A stretch of DNA of 64,000 nucleotides from Bugula neritina (taxonomy: Eukaryota; Animalia; Bryozoa), in assembly GCA_964035545.1 (NCBI GenBank), contig OZ037767.1:9806581-9870580 (forward strand), given 5' to 3'. Numbering within the stretch: position 1 is the stretch's first letter; each line of letters begins with the position of its first letter. A program made the translations under genes and the position numbers. The notes beneath the pieces are model-generated. The model made no database searches and was not told the DNA's origin. It was given only the letters and a program-made list of their open reading frames with translations. Of the stretch, positions 1 to 12,889 are shown one piece after another.

Positions 1-1527
1 GGGTTATAGTAGAGTTTCGTTCACTAACCTTGTTTTCCGAGACAGAAAATATGTAGCAGAAATGAAGTGAGGCAACTACAATGTCAAGCAGTACAGAGAC
101 TGGACAATCAAGTTGCAGAAATATGACTAAAGCACAAAGTATGATACTGAAATAAGTATATACTCTAAACACTGATTCTATGATTAGCAGAATAAAAGAT
201 AGAATAGCATCTGTATTCTGAGGCAGAGCGAATCAAACTACACAGAGTCATAACATGATGTCTTTCTCATTGTCTTATTAACGTCGCATAACTCATGAGT
301 TCTTAACTAGTACAATTAGTAAATTACTAGTAATCATTGTTACTATAGAAAGAATGTTACTATATAATATAGTGAATTGAATAAACAGTAGCACAATTTT
401 ATTGAAAAACCTTGATATTTGATGAATTCCGTAACTGTATTTTTTCAAAGCCTTTCTTTTCTTGTAGAGAATAATAGTCAAAATTGTTGTCTAACTTTTT
501 AAGATAAATTTAAATTGTCAACCTTTTAGTTGTATTTTCAACCTTAAAAACAATTTTTAGGTAGTGTTTTTGTTTCTCCTAACTGAGCTGAGGTTGGCTT
601 ATGTAATTTTTGTTGTACATCAGCTCAGTTTTATGTTGTAAAACTGAATATTAAAGTGAACTAGGCAAGGTTCTATTTCAACATATTTTAGCTTCATGAA
701 AATGACAAATTTTTATGATAGTTCACCAACAAGACATATTAATTCTAAATTAAGAGTGTTCACTACATTTATAGAAAAAAAATTTCATTTGCCACATTTA
801 CCCTAGACATACTGGTTTAAATAATTAATTGCATCTTGCTAATCATAGTATCAGCATACATAAAGTTATAAGTACAGTATCTACTAAGATTATTAGACTC
901 ATGGCTTTGGTCTTCTTTTGGGCCCAATTGCTTAATGGTAATTTGGCAGTTACTTGGAAACTGGCTGAAAAATTTAATCAAACATAACATTATAAAATTT
1001 ACAGCAATACATGTCATAGACAAACATAGCTATAACGTTTGTCATAAACTCTAATAGTGGCAAGCACAAGAACGTTACCAGTCTCAATGATTCATCTATA
1101 AGAAAGATAACTCCAATACAAGAGTTTTTTTTTAAATCCCAGCATAGGTTATGAAACGAAAGCTCAAGACAAAATTAAAAAATTACTAAGTGAAAATTAA
1201 ATGTAAGTAAATCATGTGTTTTAGTGTGTTATAGACCCACGGAACAATTCCATCAACTACAGGCTCTACCATCTGATGGTTTGTCAGCAGTCAATTGAAA
1301 AGTTAAAGGTAAGTAGGAGCATCAAGGTGATATCTTCTTGTCAAGTTATGACATGGCCTTATATATACTGTTGCTATTAGTCAATACATGGTGTTGCTGC
1401 AAATTTTTATCTCTATAATAAGTATGAATGTATTCAGTATTACAGCTAGAGTCTATATTCAAACCTATATCGCTCATGAGCCTGATTAAAACAATTGCAA
1501 TTATATATTTAAGTTTATAAAGTAACA

Positions 1528-1744
1528 TGGGTCATTTTACTTAATTTAGTACACACTGGAAATATCCAGTTTTTAGCTATTTTTCACAATTTAGCTGCTA
1601 ATGAACATGGGTTTTTGCCCAAAACTAGTAAGATATCAATAAATACACCTAAATAGTCAAGGTTCTTCTTAATTTTGCTTGATTTCCCATGTTTTTTCCT
1701 AATTAGTCAGCTACTTTTAATTGCTGACCGTTACGGCTTTTTCG
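1528..1744. mobile_element. Left arm only of the foldback/MITE element that is complete at 10418-10840
   Basis: Near-identical to 10418-10635. The sequence then jumps directly to the flank found at 11341, so the right arm and about 500 bp of flank are missing. Confidence 0.8.
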
Positions 1745-2848
1745 AATAAGAATAAGAATAAGCCAGTAAAATAAAAATATATCGTGATCAAAACTCATTA
1801 GTGATTATTTGCACTTGGATTAATGTGATACTGATAATAAATCAATATCACGCTAATCATTGACCAATATCCACAAATTCTATTTAGCTATCAATCTCTA
1901 TATACTACAATGTTGTTGCTATGTTGTCTATAATCTACTTGGGGCTTAAGAATACATTTCACTTCAGCAAGTGACGACAACCCCAATCGACTCCTTCTCA
2001 AAAGGTAAATGTCAATTATAATAAACACATAAATATTATCCTACTTGCTGCAACAATAGCAGCAGCAGTTGTAACTGCTAACTAGGTACATGCCACCCAC
2101 TCTTTCACTCCATCACTTACTTTTTCTATGACTTGCTCTATCATTTGTTCTTTTGCATGCTCTCTTGCTAGCATATTGCTTTGTGGCAGTTGATTTTGTA
2201 TTAATCTCTCAGCTATGAGACTGGCTTTGTCTTGAGTAACTGAAACTGTTTTTCAATACAGGATATACAAAAAATGGAGTTGTCCTTCCATCATAGCTAT
2301 CAGCTATCATCCCTGCATTCACATGTTTACTATTGAGTGTTTTGTAGCCTGAGAGCCTAAGATGAAAGTTGGTAGTGCCAGAATCAAGCTGCAGCGATTT
2401 GGGTAATACCCGTACAACCCCCTCAGCTAATCAGTGTTGAATCTGCTTGCCTTGTTTGACTTTTCTAATGAATCATTAGTCCTGGAAGAGAAAAGCATTT
2501 TGTTCTCTATTCTGTTGTTTATGAGTTTCTATTCAGAGTTTATTTTCTCAGTCTGTCCCATATATACTCTGTAATTTAGGACTCTGCAGTATAGAGAGTG
2601 TTCTCTCTGACCAGAAAGACTGTGGAAACTATACCTACTATTTTCATTCAGATTTCAAGCAGTAAAATAACATAGTATATATAGCTCGTTGCTGAAATGC
2701 ATCCTATGGCATAGCTCATGGGTCAAATTTTGTATTTGAGACATTGGCTTTTTTAGTAGAAAAAGAAGTGCTAGTCATTGAGTTACTATTGGAATACTTT
2801 TTTCCAGTCAGTGTGTCATGGTATGTAAACTATTTTTCTGTGTTACAG

Positions 2849-3620
2849 GAAATCATCTTCGACATTGATCTGATGTTTCCACCAAAAGGTGAATCAAAAT
2901 CCACCATATTCAACACCTCAATACAAGCGGCCTACAGATATAAAGATTATAAGATACTGACTGGAGATTTTGGCTATGATGGCTGGGCACCAGAGCCATC
3001 TCTTGCTTCAGGTGTGAAGGACTATCAGCAATAAATCATTTATAGTTATATTCATATTATAGACTGGTGTTGAGCATGAATATTTTCTGACGAATAATGG
3101 TATCTTTATAATTTTACCCATTTATTATCAATAACAACTTTACTCACTAATAATTACACTCATTTATTATCAACAACTCTAGACCTAGAGTCCATCTTAA
3201 TTGTATATTTATTTATTATGAATAATGAGTTTACAGTCATTTATTGTTATACTCATTTATTATCAGTAAGTCTAGCTTCACATAAACTCACTCATATTTT
3301 CATCAATACCATTATTGTTCATCTTTCTGTATGTATTCTTGCAGACTAATAAAACCAATTAATTCAAATGTTCAGGTGGAATTAATTCAGCTGATACCAT
3401 GAAGACACCATCAGACATGAATATTTACTTATTCAATGTGGCTGAAGATCCAGAGGAGAGGAATGACCTGACAGACTCACACCCGGATGTTGTTAACTTC
3501 ATGCTGAAGAGGTTGGCCCAGTGGCAAAAGGATTCTGTGTCAGTTTTCTATCCTCAAGATGATGAGAATTGCAACCCTGCTCTACACGGTGGTATTTGGG
3601 GGCTATGGGTGACATCATAA
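2849..3620 (+). pseudogene. ARSB: Arylsulfatase B-like gene fragment (last two exons only), copy A
   Basis: Exons 2849-3011 (EIIFDIDL...FNTSIQAAYRYKDYKILTGDFGYDGWAPEPS) and 3376-3620 (IYLFNVAEDPEERNDLTDSHPDVV...FYPQDDENCNPALHGGIWGLWVTS*) join in phase 1 with GT-AG ends and match the ARSB/ARSI/ARSJ-type C-terminus. No upstream sulfatase exons (no CxPxR catalytic region) were found in the repeat unit. Confidence 0.8.
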
Positions 3621-4039
3621 CTTCTTCTAACACTTTCTTTAAATGTTTCATATATTTATACTTATGATTTAATGCTCAACTAATGATCTGTATTTTAAAT
3701 ACATTTTCTGTTTTTAGTTTGTCTTATTTCCAACACCTGCAATGTTTCTCTTTTAGTTACATTCTATCTTTATTAGAAATCTTATTGAATAATATGAGAA
3801 ATATTTATTTTCCAGTTAGATATCCCCATGTGTTATTTATTGTTTATTTCATCATTATTTCACGTTGTTGCATAATTTTATTGCTGAACAATCTCGTAAT
3901 AGTTGCTGGTTATTTACTTGCTGATATTTTTACTTTTACTTAAAAGCATATAATTCGCATACTGCAAACATTGCGATACTCCTTGCTTTTCTACTCAATA
4001 CAATAACCACAGCATGACAAATTCTTAACTCAACTCTAT

Positions 4040-4344
4040 CCCCTCATTCACACTTACCATACTGTAGGCCGTAACATAAAATATTAGCCATGTTTAATGG
4101 GTTCGGGCTGAAGTTTTCAAAGTCCGCTATTAGGTACGCTCTACGACACTTCATTGGACAATTATATCCAATGAGTTAACACAAAAGTTTTTCTGTACAA
4201 TAAAAGTTCGTCGCAACATTTTTTAATCAAGCAGTGCTTGATCCTAATGTACCACAATTCCGTACAGGAAGCTCAGACATTTGTAAGAATGGTTGATGTT
4301 TGCTGTTACGGCCTACGGTGCGGTAAGCTAGTGTGAATGAAGGG
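4040..4344. mobile_element. Non-autonomous DNA transposon (MITE), about 305 bp
   Basis: Imperfect terminal inverted repeats of about 38 bp (cccctcattcacacttaccatactgtaggccgtaaca / tgttacggcctacggtgcggtaagctagtgtgaatgaaggg). Absent from the paralogous site at about 13310 (actcaactctataactgagg). Confidence 0.85.
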
Positions 4345-5341
4345 TAAAACTGAGGAAGCAACATAGAATAGTCCATTGAGATTGACAGGCATTACTCAGT
4401 GAATAATGAAGTGGTTGCTTTGTTACTTGTTAGCAGGATAATTTGCTTCTTCTAGAGCAGTACCATTGCTCAGTAGGTAGGTAAATCCCATGTTAGTCTA
4501 AGACTTCTTGCACATGCCTTTCTGTTTAAGTTCACCATTAGAAATAAAGAAACACTTACAACACACGATTGTGTGCTTGTGTCCTAATGCTGCTATGGGG
4601 ATATAACTCTTCTTATTGAAGATTTGTATATGATAAGGGGACAAATCCCAAAAAAGCTGCTGTCCACAGATTGAGATATTTATATCCGTGTTTGTGTGTG
4701 CATGCGTGAGTGTATGTATATATGTATGCATTTATGTGTCTATGTACTTACATTTGTATGTATGTATTAATGTAATATATGTTTATATACATTATATTCA
4801 ATGAGCTGTTTATCAAAAAACAAGGGTAAATTTGATATTTCAGTATTTATATATGTATTGATATAATGATCTGTATTTTAACAAGTTTGCACATTAGCAC
4901 ATACATGAAAATCAATTACAGGACAGAAAACAAATAAAGGTATTAGCTGCATATTATATTAAAATATGTCATCAACAATTCAACAGAACGTGTACATTGT
5001 CTGTTAAAAAGAAAAATAAATAAGTTATTAATAAATATATTTCGATATACAATTAAAGATACACAAACCTAGCTGATTAGGAACTAAAATAGGAGAACTT
5101 ATATAACTAGAACTATTGTACACCACTTGTGTTTTTAATAAAATTACTAACATTTTTAGAATGTTTGAGTATGACAATATCATGGCTCCTAATCAAACCA
5201 TTAAATACTTGTCATATTAACAGCAGAGGAAAAGCATAATTTCACTCTGAGCTGTATATTTTGTAACAATATTTATAGAAATATGTCACAATTTACCAAC
5301 AAGTGGCAAGGAGCACAGAGTTTGGAGAGATGGAGAATTTG

Positions 5342-8300
5342 TTAGAAACAGCTTGGTGCAGAGGTAGTTTTGGTTGGACCATGGAAATCAGCAGGAAATG
5401 TAAATTGTAAATACGAAGGAAGTACAGGTTCTGAGTTGGCTGTAGTAAGAGCAAATGGATACGGAGGAGGTGGATATTTCTCTAAGAGGAGAGATGAGGC
5501 AGAGGTGGTGGTTGGTTTAGGAGGATTGTATGGTAGAATATCAAAGCTGGTGGTAACTTTTACCACCACTTGCTGATAAACTAAGGAAAATTTGTTCGTT
5601 GGGTCGAGGAACCATTCAGATCTCTAAAGAATGCGAATAGGCAGAGTAGGAAAGAGAATAGATAGAATCGTATGCATCAGTTGAATGAGTAAAATGAAAA
5701 ACTAAAATACACTACAGCAACTGTGCCAAAATGGTTTACAGTAAGAAAGTGCTACAAAACAAAGTGATGAAATATAACATTGGAGAAATGTTTATAGTTA
5801 AGCAGAAAAAAAGTTATCCTCAATTAGGCATGGGAAAAATGTAGGTAAAAAACAAATAAGCAACAGACAGTTTCTAAAGTTGAGAAAATGAAATATTGTT
5901 TTGGGTAAAATATCAATGCAATAACGTAGCCAAAAATGTGCGACAAAGTTGAACACACATGAATTTGTATAACCATATGACATACTTTTCTTAAACGTTC
6001 CAAACTTCTCATCATGAGTTTTTCTGCTTCTTCATTGTATAATTTTATGAATTCATGGAATGGCAGAGTAGGCTAAAAGTAAATCATTTGAGTTATAACA
6101 AGGAACTAGGATAAGTATACTGTACAGAGACTTTATATTACATGTTATATAGGGCCATAGGTGATAGTAGAACACTACTGTACAGTATATTATTTTAGTA
6201 CTTTATATTATTTTATATTTTAGTATGACCTCTTAAAATATAGTTCTGCAATAACATATTACATTTTCATGCAATAAGAAAAAAGTTAGGAATGAAAGAC
6301 AAGCTAGTGGGCTAGTACAGTTTCAAGTTACCTTCATGTTTTCATAAAAAATTACAGGCAATAATCTAGTGTATATATGAGAAATGCTATGTTACCTTCA
6401 TAGGTTTAGTATCTCCACTATCACCTTGTGCGAATTGGAACACATCATTCTCTACAGACCCTGTCTTTGTCAGATCAGCAAACTGATTCAAATTCTCCAG
6501 ACCAAACACAGAGGTGAGTGGAAAATAATTCAACAAGAGCTCCACTACTTCAACTGCTTTCTTGATTTTACTCGGGTCATTATTACTGTTCCTATTGAAT
6601 TATTTAAATTATTAACCAATAAAACTTTTCAAATCATCAGTCAGAATAGTTAGTTTGTATGTCCACTAAGACACTGTAAACAGCTAACTCATGTATTGCA
6701 ATAAAAGTTGTTATTAGTTAATTAGCGAAGCTTTATAAATGTTTTAAAATATTGTGGCATACAGCATTACAAGTTATTGTACTGCATTGATTAGTCTAGC
6801 TGATAAGTTTATAAACTATTGCGGTTGGAAAAACACATCATTTCTTATTGCATCAAACAAAGATTAAAAACAATATCTCTTTGAATTATAAACACTCACC
6901 CAAACAGAGATCCAGCAATAGATTTAGCCAAGCTTTCAAATGGCAGGTTTTGACGTTTACATACGAGATAGGCGAGACCTACCATCAGTGTCAGGAGTTG
7001 TCTGACCGGCTTTGAGAGAGACATGAGAATTCTGTAGAATGACAAACGTAGACAGTATTTAGGAGCTATAACACATAAATGCAGCAATGTACAATTATAT
7101 TAAATAAATTAATCAGAGATCTTAAAATTTTACAGTAAGCCCTATTACACTTTGCATTAAAGTTTGACGACAGATAAGTGTGGTTGTGTTTAAGCTATTT
7201 GCAAATTAATCAAAGGAAAAAGTTTCATAACGCAGTTTATGGCTTCGAATTACCTTCAAAAGGGTGCAAAACTAGAACTAATGTACTTTTCTTATGGAAA
7301 AGATCTTTAAACTTTTTGGAAGTTAAATTTCATATATCACTCAGTATTGAATTAGTGACTCAACTAAACACTGAAGGGTAGATTAAGCAATATAGAATAA
7401 TTACTGTATTGCCTGACAATATAAATTCATTATATTATAGACAAAGTGATCGACTAAAGCTTAGACTGTGAGAATTTAGAACAGTCAATGATTCAGTTTC
7501 AATATTACAAAAATATAACAAAAGCTACAGTGTTGCGGAAATATAATATGTCAGTAATAAAGTTTGAAGCTCAACAGCATTGGAGAGTTAGCCTTGATAT
7601 TCTGTATGTCAACATCAGTACTCACTTATTGACCATCTTTTTCTTTTCTGCTACTCCTTTTAGTTTCAAAACTTTAATAAACTTCTTCTCCATCTGCTTC
7701 CCAAGAAGGCCATTTGGAATAGCAAGGAGAAACTTCTGAAATGCATATAATATTAAGTGAATAGTAAAGAGCTAGAGCTAAAAGATCAGTGCGTGTGGGT
7801 GTATTTGTTCATAAATATGACTTACTTTGACCACAGAACATAGACTGTGGATGCCCACACTTTGTAGGTCGAATTCTTGTCCTGCTGACAAGGACTCTGA
7901 TAGTCGGCGTACTTCCCCTGCACTACCTGGCTGCCGGAATATTCCTGTTTGTGAGAGACCAGTCAGAGCGATTTGCATGAAGATATTCTACAAGAGAGCA
8001 TTAGGACATGTGTTATGTAATAGCTACAAACTTGTGCTTTACCATTTATAATGCAGGCTTCAAGTTATAAAAATGTGAAGGTTTTACAGCAAAAGATTAC
8101 ATACCAAGAGTGTTACTGGAATCTCATTACTTCGAAAGACTCGTTTTAATGGAACTCCAAACTCTAGGCTATAAATATCAAGTATTTACTACAGCTATAA
8201 ATGTAATATCAACCAATGGCAGTTTTAATATATTCACTGAAAATTGCTGCTCAGCAAATATCCTGCCTTATAAAGAACAGATTAGTTTTGAAAATATAAA

Positions 8301-8693
8301 ACCGTACTATAATATGTGTAATGAGTTACTAGCCAACTTTATTTCAATGCGCTTTCCACAAGTGAAAACATCAAGTGGGTCTTATTTAGATATGGGAGGT
8401 CCAATTTTAAATATCAATTGTGACTAAATACTTTTATGGCACAGCTGCACCTCTCATAATAATGACCAAATAAGTTTATGTTATTTCGACCATATAATAT
8501 CTTGCTGCCATTTTCGAAGCATTAACATATAGGCATGAGTTCTAAAGCTACTAATTTACCAAGACAAAACGTACTGTAAACATTGCTGAAGATGAAGTTC
8601 TTAGACTAACCTCTCGATAGTGGCATGATCAACACTTTCAGCAGCGGAAGCTGCAGAAGCTCGTCTAGAAAATAGTCTGCTAAAGAATCCCAT
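5342..8693 (-). CDS. Rho GTPase-activating protein (RhoGAP domain; ARHGAP20/TAGAP/RhoGAP71E-like), copy A, 371 aa
   Basis: Eight phase-consistent GT-AG coding exons: 8693-8611, 8168-8105, 7987-7826, 7735-7626, 7031-6900, 6591-6396, 6072-5986, 5623-5342 (1116 nt, no internal stop). Translation: MGFFSRLFSRRASAA...LEFGVPLKRVF...GLSQTGIFRQPGSAGEVRRL...HSLCSVVKKFLLAIPNGLLG...ESLAKSIAGSLFG...ERLRKRSEWFL...PPPPY...SCF*. FGVPL, GIFRxPG (arginine finger) and KxFLxxxP are RhoGAP hallmarks. The subfamily call rests on remembered motifs and is less certain than the domain call. Confidence 0.9.
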
Positions 8694-10417
8694 GGCTAAA
8701 AATAAACACATAGAAATAATAATCCATTTATAATGCTGTTCATACAAAATGACAACACATAGTAGGACTACCATAGACTACACAAAAACCTGCTAACATC
8801 TTGTGCTCCAAATCAACTAGACAGAAACGTTATATTATGTTCAAATGACTGTAAATAGTTGATATACCTGATTATAGCTAGGCAATATGACAATTTAGTA
8901 GAGTTTTGTTCACTAACCTTGTTTTCCGAGACAGAAAATATGTAGCAGAAATGAAATGACGCAATTACAATGTCAAGCAGTACAGAGACTCGAAAATCAA
9001 GTTGCAGAAATATGATGAAAGCACAAAATATGATACTGAAATAAGTATATACTCTAAACACTGATTATATGATTAGCAGAATAAAAGATAGAAACATCCG
9101 TATTCTGAGGCAGAGCGAATCAAACTACACAGAGTCATAACATGATGTCTTCCTCATTGTCTCATTAACGTCGCATAACTCATGAGTTCTTAACTAGTAC
9201 AATTAGTAAATTACTAGTAATCATTGTTACTAGAAAAAATGTTACTATATAATATAGTGAATTGAATAAAAAGTAGCATAATTATATTGAAAAACCTTGA
9301 TATTTGATGAATTCCTTAACTGTGTTTTTTCAAAGCCTTTCTTTTCTTGTAGAGAATAATAGTCAAAATAGATTTCTAACTTGTTTAGATATGTCTAAAC
9401 TGTCAAACCTTTTAGTTTTAGTTTCAACCTTAAAAACAATTTTTAGGTAGTGCTTTTGTTTCTCCTAAATGAACTGAAGTTGACTTATGTAATTTTTGTT
9501 ATACATCAGCTCAGTTTTATGTTGTAAAACTGAATAAATTGAGCTAGGCAAGCTTCTATTTCAACGTATTTTAGCTTCATGAAAATGACAACTTTTTATG
9601 ATAGTTCACCAACAAGACATATTAATTCTAAATTAAGAGTGTTCACTACATTTATAGAAAAAAATTTTCATTTGCCACATTTACCCTAGACATACTGGTT
9701 TTAATAATTAATTGCATCTTGCTAATCATAGGATCAGCATACATAAAATTATAAGTACAGTATCTACTAAGATTATTAGACTCTTGGCTTTGGTCTTCTT
9801 TAGAGGCCCAATTGCTTAAGAGTAATTTGGCAGTTACTTGGAAACTGGCCGAGAAATTTAATTAAACATAACATTATAAAGTTTACAGCAATACATGTCA
9901 TAGACAAACATAGTTATAACGTTTGTCATAAACTCTAATAGTGGCAAGCACAAGAACATTACCAGTCTCAATGATTCATCTATAAGAAAGATAACTCCAA
10001 TACAAAAGTTTTTTTTAAAATCCCAGCATAGGTTATGAAACGAAAGCTCAAGACAAAATTAAAAAATTACTGAGGGAAAATTAAATGTAATTAAATCATG
10101 TGTTTTAGTGTGTTATAGACCCACAGCACAATCCCATCAACTACAGGCTCTACCATCTGACAGTTTGTCAACAGTCAATTGAAAAGTTAAATGTAAGTAG
10201 GAGCATCGAGGTGATATCTTCTTGTCAAGTTATGACATGGCCTTATATATACCGTTGCTATTAGTCAATACATGGTGTTGCTGCAAATATTTATATCTAT
10301 AATGAGTATGAATGTATTCAGTATTACAATATCAGCTAGAGTCTATATTCAAACCTATATTGCTCATGAGCCTAATTAAAACAATTGCCGTTATATATTT
10401 AAGTTTATGAAGTAACA

Positions 10418-10840
10418 TGGGTAATTTTACTTAATTTAGTACACACTGGAAATATCCAGTTTTTAGCTATTTTTTACAATTTAGCTGCTAATGAACATGG
10501 GTTTTTGCCCAAAACTAGTAAAATACCAATAAATACACCTAAACAGTCAAGGTTCTTTTTAATTTTGTTTGATTTCTCATGTTTTTTCCTAATTATCCAG
10601 CTACTTTTGATTGCTGACCGTTATGGCTTTTTCGTAACGTTCTGCAATCCAAATTAGGTAAATAATTAAGGAAAAACATGGGAAACCAAGCAAAATTAAA
10701 AAGAACCTTGACTGTTTAGGTGTATTTATTGATATCTTACTAGTTTTGGGCAAAAACTCATGTTCATTAGCAGCTAAATTGTGAAAAATAGCTAAAAACT
10801 GGATATGTTTAGTGTGTACTAAATTAAGTAAAATGACCCA
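10418..10840. mobile_element. Foldback/MITE-like palindromic element, about 420 bp with arms of about 175 bp
   Basis: tgggtaattttacttaatttagtacacact... is mirrored by ...agtgtgtactaaattaagtaaaatgaccca around a spacer of about 65 bp. Flanked by CA on both sides (possible 2-bp target-site duplication). Confidence 0.85.
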
Positions 10841-12435
10841 CATATTTTAGAAGTAAAGCTATTAGTAAATTTATTGCCCATGCAAAAGCTACTTTCCTCA
10901 TTATGCAAGCAGGGAAAAACTATGAGGAAAATATCAAATTTGTAATTTATAGCAATATAGGGTGTGGGCCTTGGATGCGGTTATACAATAGCTAACATCT
11001 AACTTTACAAATAATAGACTGGATATATAAGAATATGTGTACTGGGGAAGAGGGGATGCAGTAAATAGAGAGAAAGAAGGTGAAGTTTTGAGTGTATAAT
11101 ATATTAGGAATGCATCACAGTGGGTGACACCAAGGCTGAACCTAAAGGTACAGCCTGTGAGGTATTATGATAACAATATTACAGTTACAATTGCTGTATG
11201 TTATTAAATTATACAAACTATGTGACTGTTGATAAACATATAAATTATATATTTATCGAGTTTTCAGACTAAAATTAAAAAAGATGTAACAACAAATAAA
11301 TAAATAACAATAAAACAAAACGAAAGCAGTAATTGATATAGAATAAGAATACTAAGCCAGTAAAATAAAAATATATCGTGATCAAAACTCATTAGTGATT
11401 ATCTGCACTTGGATTGATGTGATACTGATAATAAATCAATATCACGCTAAGAATTGACCAATATCCACAAATTCTATTTAGCTATCAATCTCTATATACT
11501 ACAATGTTGTTGCTATGTTGTCTATAATCTACTTAGGGCTTAAGAATACATTTCACTTCAGCAAGTGACGACAACCCCAACAGACTCCTTCTTGAAAGGT
11601 ATAATATGTCAACTATAATAAACACATAGATATCATCCTATTTGCAGTAACCGTAGCAGCAGCAGTTGTAACTGCTATATTTGTACGTATACTACTCACT
11701 CCATCACTTAATTTTTTATGACTTGCTCTGTCATTTGTTTACTTGTATACTATCTCCCTAGCATAAGCTATAGCTTAATGAATCTCTCAGCTGTAGGACT
11801 GGCTCTGTGCTGAGGAACTGAAACTGTTTTTCAATACATGGTATACAGATAATGGAGTTGTCCTTCCATCATAGCTATCGGCTATCATCCCTGCATTCAC
11901 ATGTTTACTATTGAGTGATTTGTAGCCTGAGAGCCTAAGAGGAAAGCTGGTAACTTGCCAGGTTCAAGCTGCAGTGGTTTGGGTAATACCCGTACAACCC
12001 TTCAGCAAATCAGTGTAGAATCTGCCTGCCTTGTTTGAGTTTTCTAATGACTCATTAGTCCTGGGAGAGAAAAGCATTTTGTTCTCTATTCTGTTGTTTA
12101 TGAGTTTCTATTCAGAGTTTATTTTCCTAGTCTTTCCCATTTATACTCCGTAACTTGAAACTCTGCAGTGCAGAGTGTTCAAAGTGTTTTCTCTAACCAG
12201 AAAGACTGTGGAAAATATACCTACTATTTTCATTCAGATTTCAGGCAGTAAAATAACATAGTATATATAGCTCATTGGTGAAATGCATCCTATGTCATAG
12301 CTCATTGGTAGAAATTATTTGAAGCATTGGCTTTTTCAGTAGAAAAAGAAGTGCTAGTCATTGAGTTACTATTGAAATACTTTTTTCCAGTCAGTGTGTC
12401 ATGCATGGGATGTCAACTATCTTTCTGTGTTACAG

Positions 12436-12889
12436 GAAATCATCTTCAACATTGATCCGATGTTTCCACCAAAAGGTGAGTCAAAATCTACAATATTCAA
12501 CACCTCCATACAAGCGGCCTACAGATATAAAGACTATAAAATACTGACTGGAGATTTTGGCTATGATGGCTGGGCACCAGAGCCATCTCTTGTTTCAGGT
12601 GTGAAGGACTATCGGCTAGTTTTACTCATTCATTATCAACAATAATTTTACAGTCACTTATTGTTATACTCATTTATTACCAACAATAACTCTAGACTTA
12701 GAGCCCCTATTAATTATATGTTTATTATCAACAATCAGTTTACAGTTGCTTATTGTTATACTCATTTATTATCAGTAATTCTAGAGTCTCATAAGTCACT
12801 TATATTTCCAGTTTTCTATCCTCAGGATGACCAGAACTGTAACCCTGCTCTACACGGTGATATTTGGGGGGCCGTGGGTGACATCATAA
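12436..12889 (+). pseudogene. ARSB: Arylsulfatase B-like gene fragment, copy B (more degraded)
   Basis: Exon 12436-12598 (EIIFNIDPMFPPKG...) is intact. Most of the last exon is deleted, leaving 12812-12889, with an extra G in the G-run (tttggggggccg) that shifts the terminal WGPW frame. Confidence 0.8.

Noticed and set aside
8813-9061. Hydrophobic 82-aa minus-strand ORF (MFRVYTYFSIIFCAF...) upstream of the RhoGAP, repeated at about 28-170 and 18123-18260
   Set aside because: It has exon-like boundaries, but splicing its donor to the CCATGG exon is out of frame with the RhoGAP ATG. More likely a 5' UTR exon than a membrane-protein CDS.
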